A stretch of DNA of 64,000 bases, from contig JAGVGF010000006.1 of the NCBI GenBank assembly GCA_020057295.1, forward strand, positions 96,001 through 160,000, in the 5' to 3' direction. Source of the stretch: an archaeon. Lineage in GTDB: Archaea > Nanobdellota > Nanobdellia > Woesearchaeales > UBA9642. A program made the position numbers and the translations under genes. Positions 48,101 to 57,987 of this stretch are shown in pieces; within the stretch, counting starts at the first letter, position 1; every line of letters begins with the position of its first letter. The notes beneath the pieces are model-generated. The model was not told the DNA's origin. It saw only the letters and a program-made list of their open reading frames with translations, and ran no database searches.

Positions 48101-48193
48101 TCTGAATATCAGATATTTATTCTGAAAGTATTAAAATAATCTATTTTTTCTGACTAAAATACCAAATTACTAAGTATTCTTCTGATTATCAGA
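48101..48193. promoter_or_regulatory. Two TCTGA-N3-TCAGA palindromes upstream of abrB
   Basis: TCTGAATATCAGA 48101-48113 and TCTGATTATCAGA 48181-48193, plus TCTGA half-sites between them. Confidence 0.55.
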
Positions 48194-48308
48194 ACAAAAG
48201 TTATATTTAAAACTTTCGAATTTGCAAATAAAGAAAAAATGGACGATGAATGGACGAGAAAGTAGAAAGTTAAAAAACAATAACTAAAAACATTTGCTTA
48301 AGAAATTA

Positions 48309-49196
48309 TTAATTTATTTTCATTACGACAAAACAATGTCCTAGACCTTCACTGTTACCAGTAGGATGTTGTACATTCTCAATTTTTCCCAAGCTAGGCA
48401 AATCTTCATCCTTAACTAATGCCCCACTCATAAACTGTGTTATAGAATCAGATATTATCTTATGAAATGCTTCTTCTGACAATCCGTAATCTAAAACCCC
48501 TTTCATTCGATTTAATTCATCATATTCTCTTTTTATTAACTTTAATTTATTCACATCAACAGATCCTGGCGTAGATTTGATATATTTGCCATCGACAAGG
48601 ATACATTTCTCTCCATCATAATCATATAACTCGCGCATTTTTATTGCTTTACTAACTATGTCTAAAGGCAAACTTCGCAAATTTGCTATCCCGTCAATTT
48701 GATACACATTTTTTTTCACACGCATCGAATGTCCAATCAAAGGTATTATATGATCATCAACTTTTGTGGTAATATACCATTGTGCATTACTTAATGATGC
48801 TGGTACTCCATGTTCTTTTAATTTTGATTCTAATATGTGTGTAAATCCCCTATACAAATGAGTGGTATCTTTTTTCAAATCTAAAGCATCTGTATTCAAC
48901 ACTATACTGTAGCACAATGTGTGTAATGGCGAAACATATACTGCAGCACCGCCTGTAGGTCTTACAGTAATATCTAGATTATGTGTTTTACAAAATGTTA
49001 GATCCAAATCATTAAGACTTTGATGTTGTGCAAGAATTATTCCTGGACTATGACTATATATTCTGGCTACTGCATGAAATGTTCCATCCTGAACTAAGTT
49101 AAGATATCTCTCATTAATCTGCATATTATAGGCAGGATTTAATGGTTGCTTCTGAACAAAACATATTTTAGATTCCAAATTCACACCTTCACCCAC
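48309..49196 (-). CDS. Lipoate-protein ligase/octanoyltransferase (BPL/LPL) family, divergent
   Basis: NM.I.E, R.Y...P.I.L...Q, VRPTGGAAVY, YS. Confidence 0.7.
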   Translation of the reverse strand: MGEGVNLESKICFVQKQPLNPAYNMQINERYLNLVQDGTFHAVARIYSHSPGIILAQHQSLNDLDLTFCKTHNLDITVRPTGGAAVYVSPLHTLCYSIVLNTDALDLKKDTTHLYRGFTHILESKLKEHGVPASLSNAQWYITTKVDDHIIPLIGHSMRVKKNVYQIDGIANLRSLPLDIVSKAIKMRELYDYDGEKCILVDGKYIKSTPGSVDVNKLKLIKREYDELNRMKGVLDYGLSEEAFHKIISDSITQFMSGALVKDEDLPSLGKIENVQHPTGNSEGLGHCFVVMKIN

Positions 49197-49266
49197 ATGT
49201 AAAGATAGAAAGGTATTTTATATAGTTTCCTAATAATATTTTATAAGTCTAATTCAAAATCTAATT

Positions 49267-49623
49267 CTAGAACGTACAACTCTTACAGTCTTGATTTTTG
49301 CATCTCTTGAAATCTTTATATTTTAATGTCCATAATTTTATTTGTTTGATTATGTCTATGAATTCTTCGCCACGTTTTGTTAATGAGTACTCTGATTTTA
49401 TTGGAATGGTTGTCGAATCTACTCTTTTTTGTATTACTCCTTCCCTTTCTAGTTCTTTTAATCTTGTAGACAACATTTTCGGCGTTAAAGTTGGCATCTT
49501 ACTCTTTATTTGATTATAACGCTTCCATTTTTCTTCGCCCTTATATAATTCTAGAAGTATTACTAAAGTCCATTTTTTACCGACCAAATTTGATGCATTG
49601 TATACAGCACATCCCGAATCCAT
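49267..49623 (-). CDS. HxlR family transcriptional regulator
   Basis: C.V......GKKWTLVIL.EL, PKMLS.RLKELE..G.I, EYSLT..G; C-terminal C..C..C. Confidence 0.9.
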   Translation of the reverse strand: MDSGCAVYNASNLVGKKWTLVILLELYKGEEKWKRYNQIKSKMPTLTPKMLSTRLKELEREGVIQKRVDSTTIPIKSEYSLTKRGEEFIDIIKQIKLWTLKYKDFKRCKNQDCKSCTF

Positions 49624-49786
49624 TTCTAACCTCTAATTTATGAATGCCAATAATATTAAAAAAACATAACTTATTTATATATCTAATGAATTTTATACCT
49701 AATATAATAAATATACCATAAATATATAATAAAAGCAAATTACAATAAATATACTTATTAAATAAATTATTTGAAAGAGGTGTGTA

Positions 49787-50800
49787 ATGTTTTTTCAGAA
49801 GAAGGCAGCGTTCTTTGAGTTAGAAGAATGGGAAAAAGATTATATTAAAAAAAATGTTAAAGGTATTAATGCAACATTTTTTGATAAGCCTTTAACTCTT
49901 GAAAATTTTTCAAAGGTAAAAAATATCGAAATTCTAGGAGTATTCATTTATTCTAAAATCGATAAAAATATTTTAGATCAATTACCTAAACTAAAATTTA
50001 TTGCAACAATGAGTACAGGTTTTGATCACATCGATATTACAGAATGTAAGCTTAGAAATATTACAGTTTCTAACGTGCCTTTTTATGGTGAAAATACTGT
50101 TGCTGAACATACATTTGCATTAATATTAAATCTTTCCAGAAAAATCACTGAATCTGTTCATCGTACACATAAAGGAGATTTTAATGTTGATGGATTAAGA
50201 GGATTTGACCTTAAAGGAAAAACATTAGGATTAGTTGGAACAGGTCATATTGCTGCACATGTTGCTAGAATGGCTCACGGCTTTGAAATGAATATTATAG
50301 GATATGATGTCACACAACATGAAGAACTGACCAGAGATTTCGGACTGAAATATGTTGATTTAAACACATTACTAAAAACTTCTGATATAATATCATTACA
50401 CTTACCATTAAATGATAAGACTAAATATATTATTAATAAAAAAAACATTTCATTAATAAAATCATCAGCAATAATTATTAATACTGCACGTGGAGGATTA
50501 TTAGAAACTGACGCATTATTCCGAGCATTACAAAATAAAAAAATTGCTGGTGCAGGCCTTGACGTTCTAGAAGAAGAAACCATAATCAAAGAAGAAAAAC
50601 AATTGCTTTCTAGAGAATTCCAAACTACTTACAATTCTAAAACTGTTTTACAAGACCACATGTTACTGAGATTTGACAATGTAATTATTACTCCACACAA
50701 TGCATTTAATAGTGTTGAAGCATTAAAAAGAATTCTAGATACGAGTATAGAAAATGTTCAGAACTATCTTAAGAATAATCCTTTAAATATTGTTAAGTAA
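49787..50800 (+). CDS. ldhA: D-2-hydroxyacid dehydrogenase (D-lactate dehydrogenase-like)
   Basis: STGFDHID, NVP.YG..TVAEH, G.G.I, INTARG, GLDVLEEE, TPHNAF. Confidence 0.85.
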   Translation: MFFQKKAAFFELEEWEKDYIKKNVKGINATFFDKPLTLENFSKVKNIEILGVFIYSKIDKNILDQLPKLKFIATMSTGFDHIDITECKLRNITVSNVPFYGENTVAEHTFALILNLSRKITESVHRTHKGDFNVDGLRGFDLKGKTLGLVGTGHIAAHVARMAHGFEMNIIGYDVTQHEELTRDFGLKYVDLNTLLKTSDIISLHLPLNDKTKYIINKKNISLIKSSAIIINTARGGLLETDALFRALQNKKIAGAGLDVLEEETIIKEEKQLLSREFQTTYNSKTVLQDHMLLRFDNVIITPHNAFNSVEALKRILDTSIENVQNYLKNNPLNIVK

Positions 50801-50830
50801 ATTTATAAAGATTAAGGGCAATGTCATTCT

Positions 50831-51154
50831 ATGCATGAAACAGTATTTGCTAAAAAAATTATTGATGAGGCATCAAAGCAAGGCAATGTCAAGGCCATAA
50901 CGCTTGAAATTGGTGAGTTGGCTCCAGTTCCAGCCAATGAATTGGTGGAATGTTTAGAACAATTAGTCGAATGGGATATACAATACACTGAAACTCTTAG
51001 CAAAATAAAATGCGAATGCGGATTTATAGGACATCCAACTATCGTAGAGAGAGGTCATGATTATTTTTTTATTGAATGTCCAAAATGTAAAGAGATACCT
51101 GAAGTGTTAGAAGGACAAGAGATAAAAATTGTTAGTGTATTCGTACAACAATAA
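50831..51154 (+). CDS. hypA: Hydrogenase nickel metallochaperone
   Basis: MHE N-terminus, IGEL, CECG...CPKC, G.E. Confidence 0.88.
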   Translation: MHETVFAKKIIDEASKQGNVKAITLEIGELAPVPANELVECLEQLVEWDIQYTETLSKIKCECGFIGHPTIVERGHDYFFIECPKCKEIPEVLEGQEIKIVSVFVQQ

Positions 51155-51193
51155 AAGTGTAAAAATAATATTATAATAACATAAGGTGCCTAT

Positions 51194-51415
51194 ATGTGTT
51201 TAGCCGTTCCAGGAAAAATAATTGAAATAAAAGAAGATAAGGCAACTGTAGATTTTTCTGGTGTTAAGAGATCTGTTGATATTTCTCTATTAGCGAATTG
51301 TGTAATAGGAGAATATGTTCTAGTTCACGTTGGTTTTGCAATACAAAAACTTGACGAAAAAATCGCTAGAGAAACATATAGGCTGCTTGATGAAATGGAC
51401 AAAGTGGAATTATAA
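51194..51415 (+). CDS. hypC: Hydrogenase maturation chaperone
   Basis: MCLAVPG, GEYVLVHVGFAI. Confidence 0.95.
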   Translation: MCLAVPGKIIEIKEDKATVDFSGVKRSVDISLLANCVIGEYVLVHVGFAIQKLDEKIARETYRLLDEMDKVEL

Positions 51416-51456
51416 GTTAGTATATGAACTATAATTTAACAACGAGATGATTTTTA

Positions 51457-52467
51457 ATGGAATATGTTGATAAAATCCGTGAAATAGCAAAAGATATGGG
51501 CGAAGTCCGCATCATGGAAGTTTGCGGAGGACACACTAATACTATAATGAAATACGGTATTAGAGATATTCTACCATCTAACATTAAACTTATTTCTGGA
51601 CCAGGATGTCCTGTTTGTGTAACTTCGCAATATGATATAGATTGCATGATTGAACTCGCATTAAATGGTGTAAAAGTATCAACGTATGGAGATATGATTA
51701 ATGTTCCAGGCACAAAGATGAGTTTAAGAGATGCACAAGCAAAAGGTGCTGATATTAAAACAATATATTCCATAGATCAAATATTAAAAGAACCAGACAG
51801 AGTTTTTTTCGCAGTAGGATTTGAAACAACAACTCCGATGACTGCAAAATTATTAAATCATAATATAAAAGTTTTTTCTGCACACAAACTTATTCCTCCT
51901 GCAATGAGGGTCCTAATTAGCGAGATGCATATTGACGGGTTTATCGATCCTGGACATGTGTCAACTATAATTGGTAGCGATATATGGAATGAATTAAATA
52001 TTCCTGTTCCGCAAGTTATTGCTGGATTTAAACCAGAATCATTAGTTAAATCAATTTATGTGCTTTTAGAACTAATTAAGAATAAAGAAGTTAAAATAAT
52101 TAATGAATATCCTGAAGTAGTTTTACCTCAAGGAAATATGATTGCAAGAAAATTAATAGATAAAAATATGAAATCTTATGATGCTGATTGGAGAGGTATC
52201 GGAATAATAAAAGATTCTGGACTAATACCTAGAAATCCTGAGTTAGATGCTAGAATCATATACAAAGATATGCTTAAAAAAGTAGTTACTAAAGAAAATA
52301 TCGAATGTAGATGCGGAGAAATTGTTCGCGGATTACTAGAGCCGAAGCAATGTAAATTATTCGGGAAAAAATGTACTCCTGATAATCCATTAGGAGCATG
52401 TATGGTTAGTGAGTCAGAAGGCGCATGTGCTATAGCTTACAAGTATGGTAGGAGTTTATCAGAATGA
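51457..52467 (+). CDS. hypD: Hydrogenase maturation protein
   Basis: MEVCGGHT, GPGCPVCV, GFETT, PGHVS, GACMVS.EG.C. Confidence 0.95.
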   Translation: MEYVDKIREIAKDMGEVRIMEVCGGHTNTIMKYGIRDILPSNIKLISGPGCPVCVTSQYDIDCMIELALNGVKVSTYGDMINVPGTKMSLRDAQAKGADIKTIYSIDQILKEPDRVFFAVGFETTTPMTAKLLNHNIKVFSAHKLIPPAMRVLISEMHIDGFIDPGHVSTIIGSDIWNELNIPVPQVIAGFKPESLVKSIYVLLELIKNKEVKIINEYPEVVLPQGNMIARKLIDKNMKSYDADWRGIGIIKDSGLIPRNPELDARIIYKDMLKKVVTKENIECRCGEIVRGLLEPKQCKLFGKKCTPDNPLGACMVSESEGACAIAYKYGRSLSE

Positions 52468-53519
52468 GCTTATTAGACAAAAATAATAATGATAAAAATG
52501 CTGATAATAATTGTCCAACAGGAACTTGTCCGCCAATAAAAGAATCGGATGAACACATTATAAAACTAAGCGAAGGAAGTGGCGGAAAAGAGATGCATAG
52601 ATTAATATCTGAAATTAGAAAAAGATTAGATGTTAAAACTGAATGGACTAATTCGGATGATGATTCTGCTGTTACAAAAATAGGCGATAAATATTTTTTC
52701 TTCACGACTGACTCTTATATAGTCACCCCGATATTTTTTCCTGGAGGAGATATTGGAAAGATATCTTTTTGTGGAACAGTTAATGATTTAGTTGTTCAAG
52801 GTGCAAAACCTTTAGGGATTTCATTGAGTATTGTTCTAGAGGAAGGTTTTAAGAAAAATGATCTCTTTAAGATAATAGATTCTATTAACGAAATGTCAAA
52901 AATGACTAACATACCTATTGTGACAGGCGATACTAAGGTAATGGAAAATAAATCTGTTGATGGAATAATAATAAATACGAGTGGAATAGGTATAGGAGAT
53001 TTCGTATTAGATAAAAAATTAGAGGAAACTGATGTGATAATTGTTTCTGGAGGAATCGGAGAACACGGGGCAGCATTACTTGCGAAGAGATTTGAAATAG
53101 AAACAGAATTAATAACTGATAGTAAACCTCTTGTTGATGAATTGCATTCAGTAAATACATTGATTAAACAAGCAAAAGATATTACAAGAGGCGGATTAGC
53201 TTCAGTGCTTAACGAAATTGCATCAAAAAATGAAGTTCAATTTCACATTATAGAAGAAAATGTTCCTCTGCTTCAAGAAGTTAGAGCATTAACAAACGTA
53301 TTGGGAATAGATGCATATAATATTGCATGTGAAGGAAGATTTGTTTGCATATCTAGTAAGCAAAACGCTGCTACTGTTCTATCTAAATTAAAAAAATTTA
53401 ATGCACTGAGCGCAGTAATAGGAGAAGTTAAAAATGGTAAAGGAGTTATAGTACAAACACGTTTTGGAACAAAAGTATTAAGTACACCTTCCGGAAGTAT
53501 AGTTCCAAGAATTTGTTAA
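52464..53519 (+). CDS. hypE: Carbamoyl dehydratase
   Basis: G.GG, TTDS..V.P.FFPGGDIG, GDTKV, D.TRGG, C-terminal PRIC. Confidence 0.95.
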   Translation: MSLLDKNNNDKNADNNCPTGTCPPIKESDEHIIKLSEGSGGKEMHRLISEIRKRLDVKTEWTNSDDDSAVTKIGDKYFFFTTDSYIVTPIFFPGGDIGKISFCGTVNDLVVQGAKPLGISLSIVLEEGFKKNDLFKIIDSINEMSKMTNIPIVTGDTKVMENKSVDGIIINTSGIGIGDFVLDKKLEETDVIIVSGGIGEHGAALLAKRFEIETELITDSKPLVDELHSVNTLIKQAKDITRGGLASVLNEIASKNEVQFHIIEENVPLLQEVRALTNVLGIDAYNIACEGRFVCISSKQNAATVLSKLKKFNALSAVIGEVKNGKGVIVQTRFGTKVLSTPSGSIVPRIC

Positions 53520-53562
53520 ATCTTTATTAATAATTATTTGATTTTCAATTACTATACAATTT

Positions 53563-55713
53563 TTAGTTATCGTGTGATAAATAATAACTTATCTGTCCAA
53601 AACTTATTCCCCCATCTCCAGAAGGAACTTTAGTGTTTATGAATACATTTCTTTCTATCATAAATTTAGTAATAATATTATTGTAAGCACATCCGCCACT
53701 AAATATTATACTTTTAGAATATTTACTAGCTATAGCGTACATACCTTGAGCAATATAATGCTGCACCGTGGCTGCAAGTCTAGATTTATCTTTATGTATA
53801 TTTTCTACTAAATATTTGAATAGCGGAGTAGTCATGAGAATATCATTTTCAATTACCGGTTCAAAATCATATGGTTCTGAAGAATGAGCTTCTAATACCA
53901 TAGCAGGTCTACCATCATATGTTCTGCTATTACATAAATCTAACAACGATGCAGCAGCATCGAGTATTCTTCCACAACTAGTAGTTATAGGACAATTAAA
54001 TTTCTCAGCAAATTGTTTATGCATTATTTGCAATTCTTTTGCAGTGTGATATTTTAACAAAAGTGTTTCTATTTCCGAATCATCTAAAAATTTCTTCAGT
54101 ATACTGAATAACATTTTAGAAGGAGTAATTGTTGCGCTATCTCCGCCTAATTGATATTGCTCCTCAAGATGCCCTACACGCTTATTATTATGAAATATTT
54201 CTCCACCCCAAATATTTCCATCATCTCCATATCCTAATCCATCACATATTATCGCTGCAAAATCTGTAAGTCCATACTCTGCAGCTACGGAGTATGCATG
54301 TGCTTTGTGATGTTGAATCTTTACTAAGGGAATGTTTATTTTTTTTGAAAGTTCAAAAGCGTATTTGTTTGTATTATATTCTGGATGTGCATCACATAAA
54401 ATAACATCTGGAATTGTATGCGTAAATTTCAAGAATTTATCTAGAGCAGTTTTATAATTATTTAACGTATCATTATTGGATGTGTTTCCTATGTATTGAG
54501 AAAGTGTTACACTTTCATTATTATATATTGCAAAAGTGTTATTTAGTTCTGCTCCCATAGATAATATTTTTATATTTTTTTTATCTTTAATAACTATATT
54601 TTCATTCAAAGTTATACTGCCTGGCACATATCCTCTGCTTCTTCTCAAAAATAAGGGTTTAGAGTTTATTACTTTAATCACCGAATCATCAATAGGGTTT
54701 TCTATAATCCTATCATGTGTAAGTATATTTTCTGTAAGTTGTTTTGAGTCGTCTATTGTTATAGGTTGATCAGGATAATTTGATGACGTCATAACTAATG
54801 GTTCATCTATATAATCAAATAAGAGATAATGTAAAGCAGTATAAGGTAACATCACACCTATTGTATCTAGTTCCGTGACGTCAGGATAAGATTTTTTACT
54901 TTTCAAAACAACTATAGGTCGTTGTTCAGATAGTAATAGTTCTCTCTCGATATTATTTAATTGTGCAATATCCTCAACCATAGAGATATCTTTACACATT
55001 ACAGCGTAAGGTTTATTTGATCTACCTGTTATATCTCTTAATTTTTTTACAGCTTCAGGAACAGTTCTACATACAAGATGAAATCCTCCTATTCCTTTTA
55101 CTGCAACAACAGCGTTATCTTTTAACAATTTTGAAGTTTTGAAAACAACTTCTTCTGTTTGTGTTGTGTCTTTCTGTTTCAAAAACAATTTTGGTCCGCA
55201 TTCATGGCATGCAATTGTTTGAGCATGATATCTTCTGTTTTTAGGATTAGTATATTCTTCTTTGCATTTATCGCACATTTCATATTCTTGCATCGAGGTA
55301 TTTATTCTGTCATAAGGATTTTTGTTTGTGATTGAAAATCTCGGGCCACAATTTGTACATGTTATAAAGAAATATTTGTATCTTCGATTATCTTTATCGT
55401 TCAACTCTTTCAAGCAATCTTTACACATGTATATATCTGCAGGTATTTCCGAGTATCCTTCTCCTGAACTTTCTAAGATTTTGAAATCAGAAAATTTTTG
55501 GTCATCAAAAGTCACAGAGTAACTATCTATTCTAGCTTGTGGTGGTATTTGCGATAATATTTGTAGAAACTTTTCTTTATCATCTACATCCACAACAACT
55601 CCCGTGCCTATATTTTTTACATAACCAGTGATATTTTGTCTAATACAAGAATTATATATAAATGGTCTGAATCCGACGCCTTGAACAATTCCTCTTATAT
55701 AAAATTTATACAT
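53563..55713 (-). CDS. hypF: Carbamoyltransferase
   Basis: GIVQGVGFRPF, CTNCGPR, HAQ..AC..CGP, KGIGGFHL, RRSRGY, QHH.AH, GDGGISFGQ. Confidence 0.96.
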   Translation of the reverse strand: MYKFYIRGIVQGVGFRPFIYNSCIRQNITGYVKNIGTGVVVDVDDKEKFLQILSQIPPQARIDSYSVTFDDQKFSDFKILESSGEGYSEIPADIYMCKDCLKELNDKDNRRYKYFFITCTNCGPRFSITNKNPYDRINTSMQEYEMCDKCKEEYTNPKNRRYHAQTIACHECGPKLFLKQKDTTQTEEVVFKTSKLLKDNAVVAVKGIGGFHLVCRTVPEAVKKLRDITGRSNKPYAVMCKDISMVEDIAQLNNIERELLLSEQRPIVVLKSKKSYPDVTELDTIGVMLPYTALHYLLFDYIDEPLVMTSSNYPDQPITIDDSKQLTENILTHDRIIENPIDDSVIKVINSKPLFLRRSRGYVPGSITLNENIVIKDKKNIKILSMGAELNNTFAIYNNESVTLSQYIGNTSNNDTLNNYKTALDKFLKFTHTIPDVILCDAHPEYNTNKYAFELSKKINIPLVKIQHHKAHAYSVAAEYGLTDFAAIICDGLGYGDDGNIWGGEIFHNNKRVGHLEEQYQLGGDSATITPSKMLFSILKKFLDDSEIETLLLKYHTAKELQIMHKQFAEKFNCPITTSCGRILDAAASLLDLCNSRTYDGRPAMVLEAHSSEPYDFEPVIENDILMTTPLFKYLVENIHKDKSRLAATVQHYIAQGMYAIASKYSKSIIFSGGCAYNNIITKFMIERNVFINTKVPSGDGGISFGQISYYLSHDN

Positions 55714-55747
55714 AAAAATCCATATATGTTTGTACTTAAATTGTTTG

Positions 55748-56281
55748 TTATTGATTACTGTTATTTAAATAAAATAATATCTTTTCTAAATATAGTTCCA
55801 ACAACTTTTTTTGTTCATTGGTTAAATCAACTATCAAGGTGCCCCAATGAATAGCTATATCAGAATCTATTACCGGATCTGATATTTTTATGTCATAAAC
55901 TACTGTACGAATATCTTCCTCTAAAGAGTATTTATTATTTGAATATGTAATTTTTACTGTTGATACTATTAAATGTAATTTATCTACTATTTCAAGTATT
56001 TTTGCTGGAAGTACTAAACAATTAAAATCGCGTTTATATTTTAGTACAGTATAATTATGATAAGGAAGATTTTTAATATCAAAATTTTCTAATAAATCAT
56101 TGCCAATCCAATAAGCCTCTACACATTGTTGATTAATAGAACCCTGGTGAGCAGAATTATATCTTTCTGAAATCGTATTTAGCGATGATGAAATTTCTTG
56201 TTCGTTAACGGTGTTTTTAGAAATTTGAAAATTATTGACTCCAAAAGTCATGAATTTTTTTGTTAATTCATCACTAGACAT
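55748..56281 (-). CDS. Hydrogenase-cluster hypothetical protein (DUF6390-like)
   Basis: VEAYWIGN.LL, PYHNY.V, C.V, AIHW; overlaps the protease gene. Confidence 0.6.
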   Translation of the reverse strand: MSSDELTKKFMTFGVNNFQISKNTVNEQEISSSLNTISERYNSAHQGSINQQCVEAYWIGNDLLENFDIKNLPYHNYTVLKYKRDFNCLVLPAKILEIVDKLHLIVSTVKITYSNNKYSLEEDIRTVVYDIKISDPVIDSDIAIHWGTLIVDLTNEQKKLLELYLEKILFYLNNSNQ

Positions 56282-56628
56282 TGTTCCACTTCCAAAGCAA
56301 TAATTTTAGAATCTCCAATCATCGGTATTCCGATTATTTTTATTGTTTTTTTCTCTCCTATAGATTCCATAAGTTTTAAGAAAAATCCTAAATCAAAATC
56401 GTGTAGACTTATAATATTTCTAGTTTTTAGTTGATTAACATCTGTTATTATAATTGTTTTTGTTATTCCTTTGACAACATCTAATATTACTATTTCCCCA
56501 TCTACATCTAGAAGATCTTCCGGACTTCTACAATGTACAAGTTCTACATTATGTAAATGATTAGAAACAATTCTAGCTAAACTATCTTCTTGTAAATATT
56601 CATTTCCAAAAACGTATAATTTTTTCAT
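56263..56628 (-). CDS. Hydrogenase maturation protease-like protein (short)
   Basis: FGN....D, ILD.V, SLHD; directly follows the large subunit. Confidence 0.7.
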   Translation of the reverse strand: MKKLYVFGNEYLQEDSLARIVSNHLHNVELVHCRSPEDLLDVDGEIVILDVVKGITKTIIITDVNQLKTRNIISLHDFDLGFFLKLMESIGEKKTIKIIGIPMIGDSKIIALEVEQCLVMN

Positions 56629-56655
56629 CTATTTGTATAAACTAATGTATAATTA

Positions 56656-57987
56656 TTATTTTTCTTCCCAATTTACTTCTAAGAAGTGTGCACTACATGA
56701 GAAACATGGATCGTAGCTTCTAATTAATTTTTCTACATCCATAACAATATCTTCTTTAGTTTTAGAGTTTAATATTGCCGGCACAAGTGTTTTTATATCT
56801 TCCTGCATGTTTAGTAAATTTTGTGCTGTTGGAGTTATTATATTTGCATAAGTTATTACTCCTTTATCATCTAAAATATATTCGTGCCATAATGTTCCTC
56901 TTGGAACTTCTAGACATCCTACTCCTCGTCCTGCTTTTAGTGGAACTTTATCTACTGGCTCATTCTTTATTTTTAGTTCTTGACATATTTTTATTGCATG
57001 ATCTATACAGTGTACAATTTCTATTGCTTGCATAATATTATTATGGAATGGATTCTTCGAAGGTAATTTTATTCCTGACTGTTCAAGTAATTTTTTTGCA
57101 TCTGAACTTAATTGTGCATGATTATTATTGAATCTTGCAAGTGCTCCTACAAAATATCTATGATCACTCTTTACAACAAAATTTGCTGTGGATCTAGGTT
57201 CATGATACTCTTTGATGAAATCTTTATAATCTGTTCTCTTAAAACAACTTTTGGATGAGCAGAATTCTCCGCCAAATAATGCGTATTCATTATGATCTTT
57301 TAATGAAAACCATTCACCTTCAGTTTCTATATCTGGACATTTTAACGTAAAAAATAATTCACAAGTCTTTACAGCTTCTTCTTTTACATTTAACAACTCT
57401 GTTTTTAATTGTTCTAAATCTTCCTGTGTTGGTAATTTTAACCACCCACCCACTGTGGCTGATACTGGATGTAAATCTCTTCCAGATAAAATTCTTACAA
57501 TATTATTTCCTGCTTTTACTAAAGCTAAAGCTCGTTTTAATTCTGATTTATATTTTGGAGCCATCGCTAATGCTGATTCGTATCCTAGATAATCTGGTAA
57601 TGCTAAAAAATATAAATGCGTAGAATGACTTCTTATCCTTTCTCCTATTGTTAATAATTTTCTTAATTCTGTTGTTTGTTTTGATGGAGTGTATCCTAAT
57701 GCATCTTCTATTGCAGAAATTGCCGCTATTACATGTGCTGAACTGCATATTCCGCATATTCTTGAGGTTATTTCATGTGCTTCAAAATATTGTCTTCCTA
57801 GAACTAAACCTTCAAAATATCTTGATCCTTCTACTGATGATAATTCACATTTAGTAATTTTACCTTCTTTTATAGATAAATCTAATTTTGCGTGTCCTTC
57901 AATTTTTGTAATATGATTTAATGTGATTTCTTTGTTCGCATTGTCATTATTTTCTTTATTAACAAGATTATGCGATTCTTTACTCAT
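56656..57987 (-). CDS. hydA: Group 3b [NiFe] hydrogenase large (alpha) subunit
   Basis: KIEGHA, R.FE, SRICGIC (L1), E.PRG.L.H, DPCFSCSAH (L2) plus 9-aa extension. Confidence 0.93.
   Translation of the reverse strand: MSKESHNLVNKENNDNANKEITLNHITKIEGHAKLDLSIKEGKITKCELSSVEGSRYFEGLVLGRQYFEAHEITSRICGICSSAHVIAAISAIEDALGYTPSKQTTELRKLLTIGERIRSHSTHLYFLALPDYLGYESALAMAPKYKSELKRALALVKAGNNIVRILSGRDLHPVSATVGGWLKLPTQEDLEQLKTELLNVKEEAVKTCELFFTLKCPDIETEGEWFSLKDHNEYALFGGEFCSSKSCFKRTDYKDFIKEYHEPRSTANFVVKSDHRYFVGALARFNNNHAQLSSDAKKLLEQSGIKLPSKNPFHNNIMQAIEIVHCIDHAIKICQELKIKNEPVDKVPLKAGRGVGCLEVPRGTLWHEYILDDKGVITYANIITPTAQNLLNMQEDIKTLVPAILNSKTKEDIVMDVEKLIRSYDPCFSCSAHFLEVNWEEK

Noticed and set aside
48238-48257. AATGGACGA tandem repeat
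   Set aside because: Two 9-bp copies only; no supporting context
56656-57987. Selenocysteine-type (NiFeSe) hydrogenase or alternative genetic code
   Set aside because: L2 motif has ordinary Cys (DPCFSC) and genes read through under the standard archaeal code with TGA as stop
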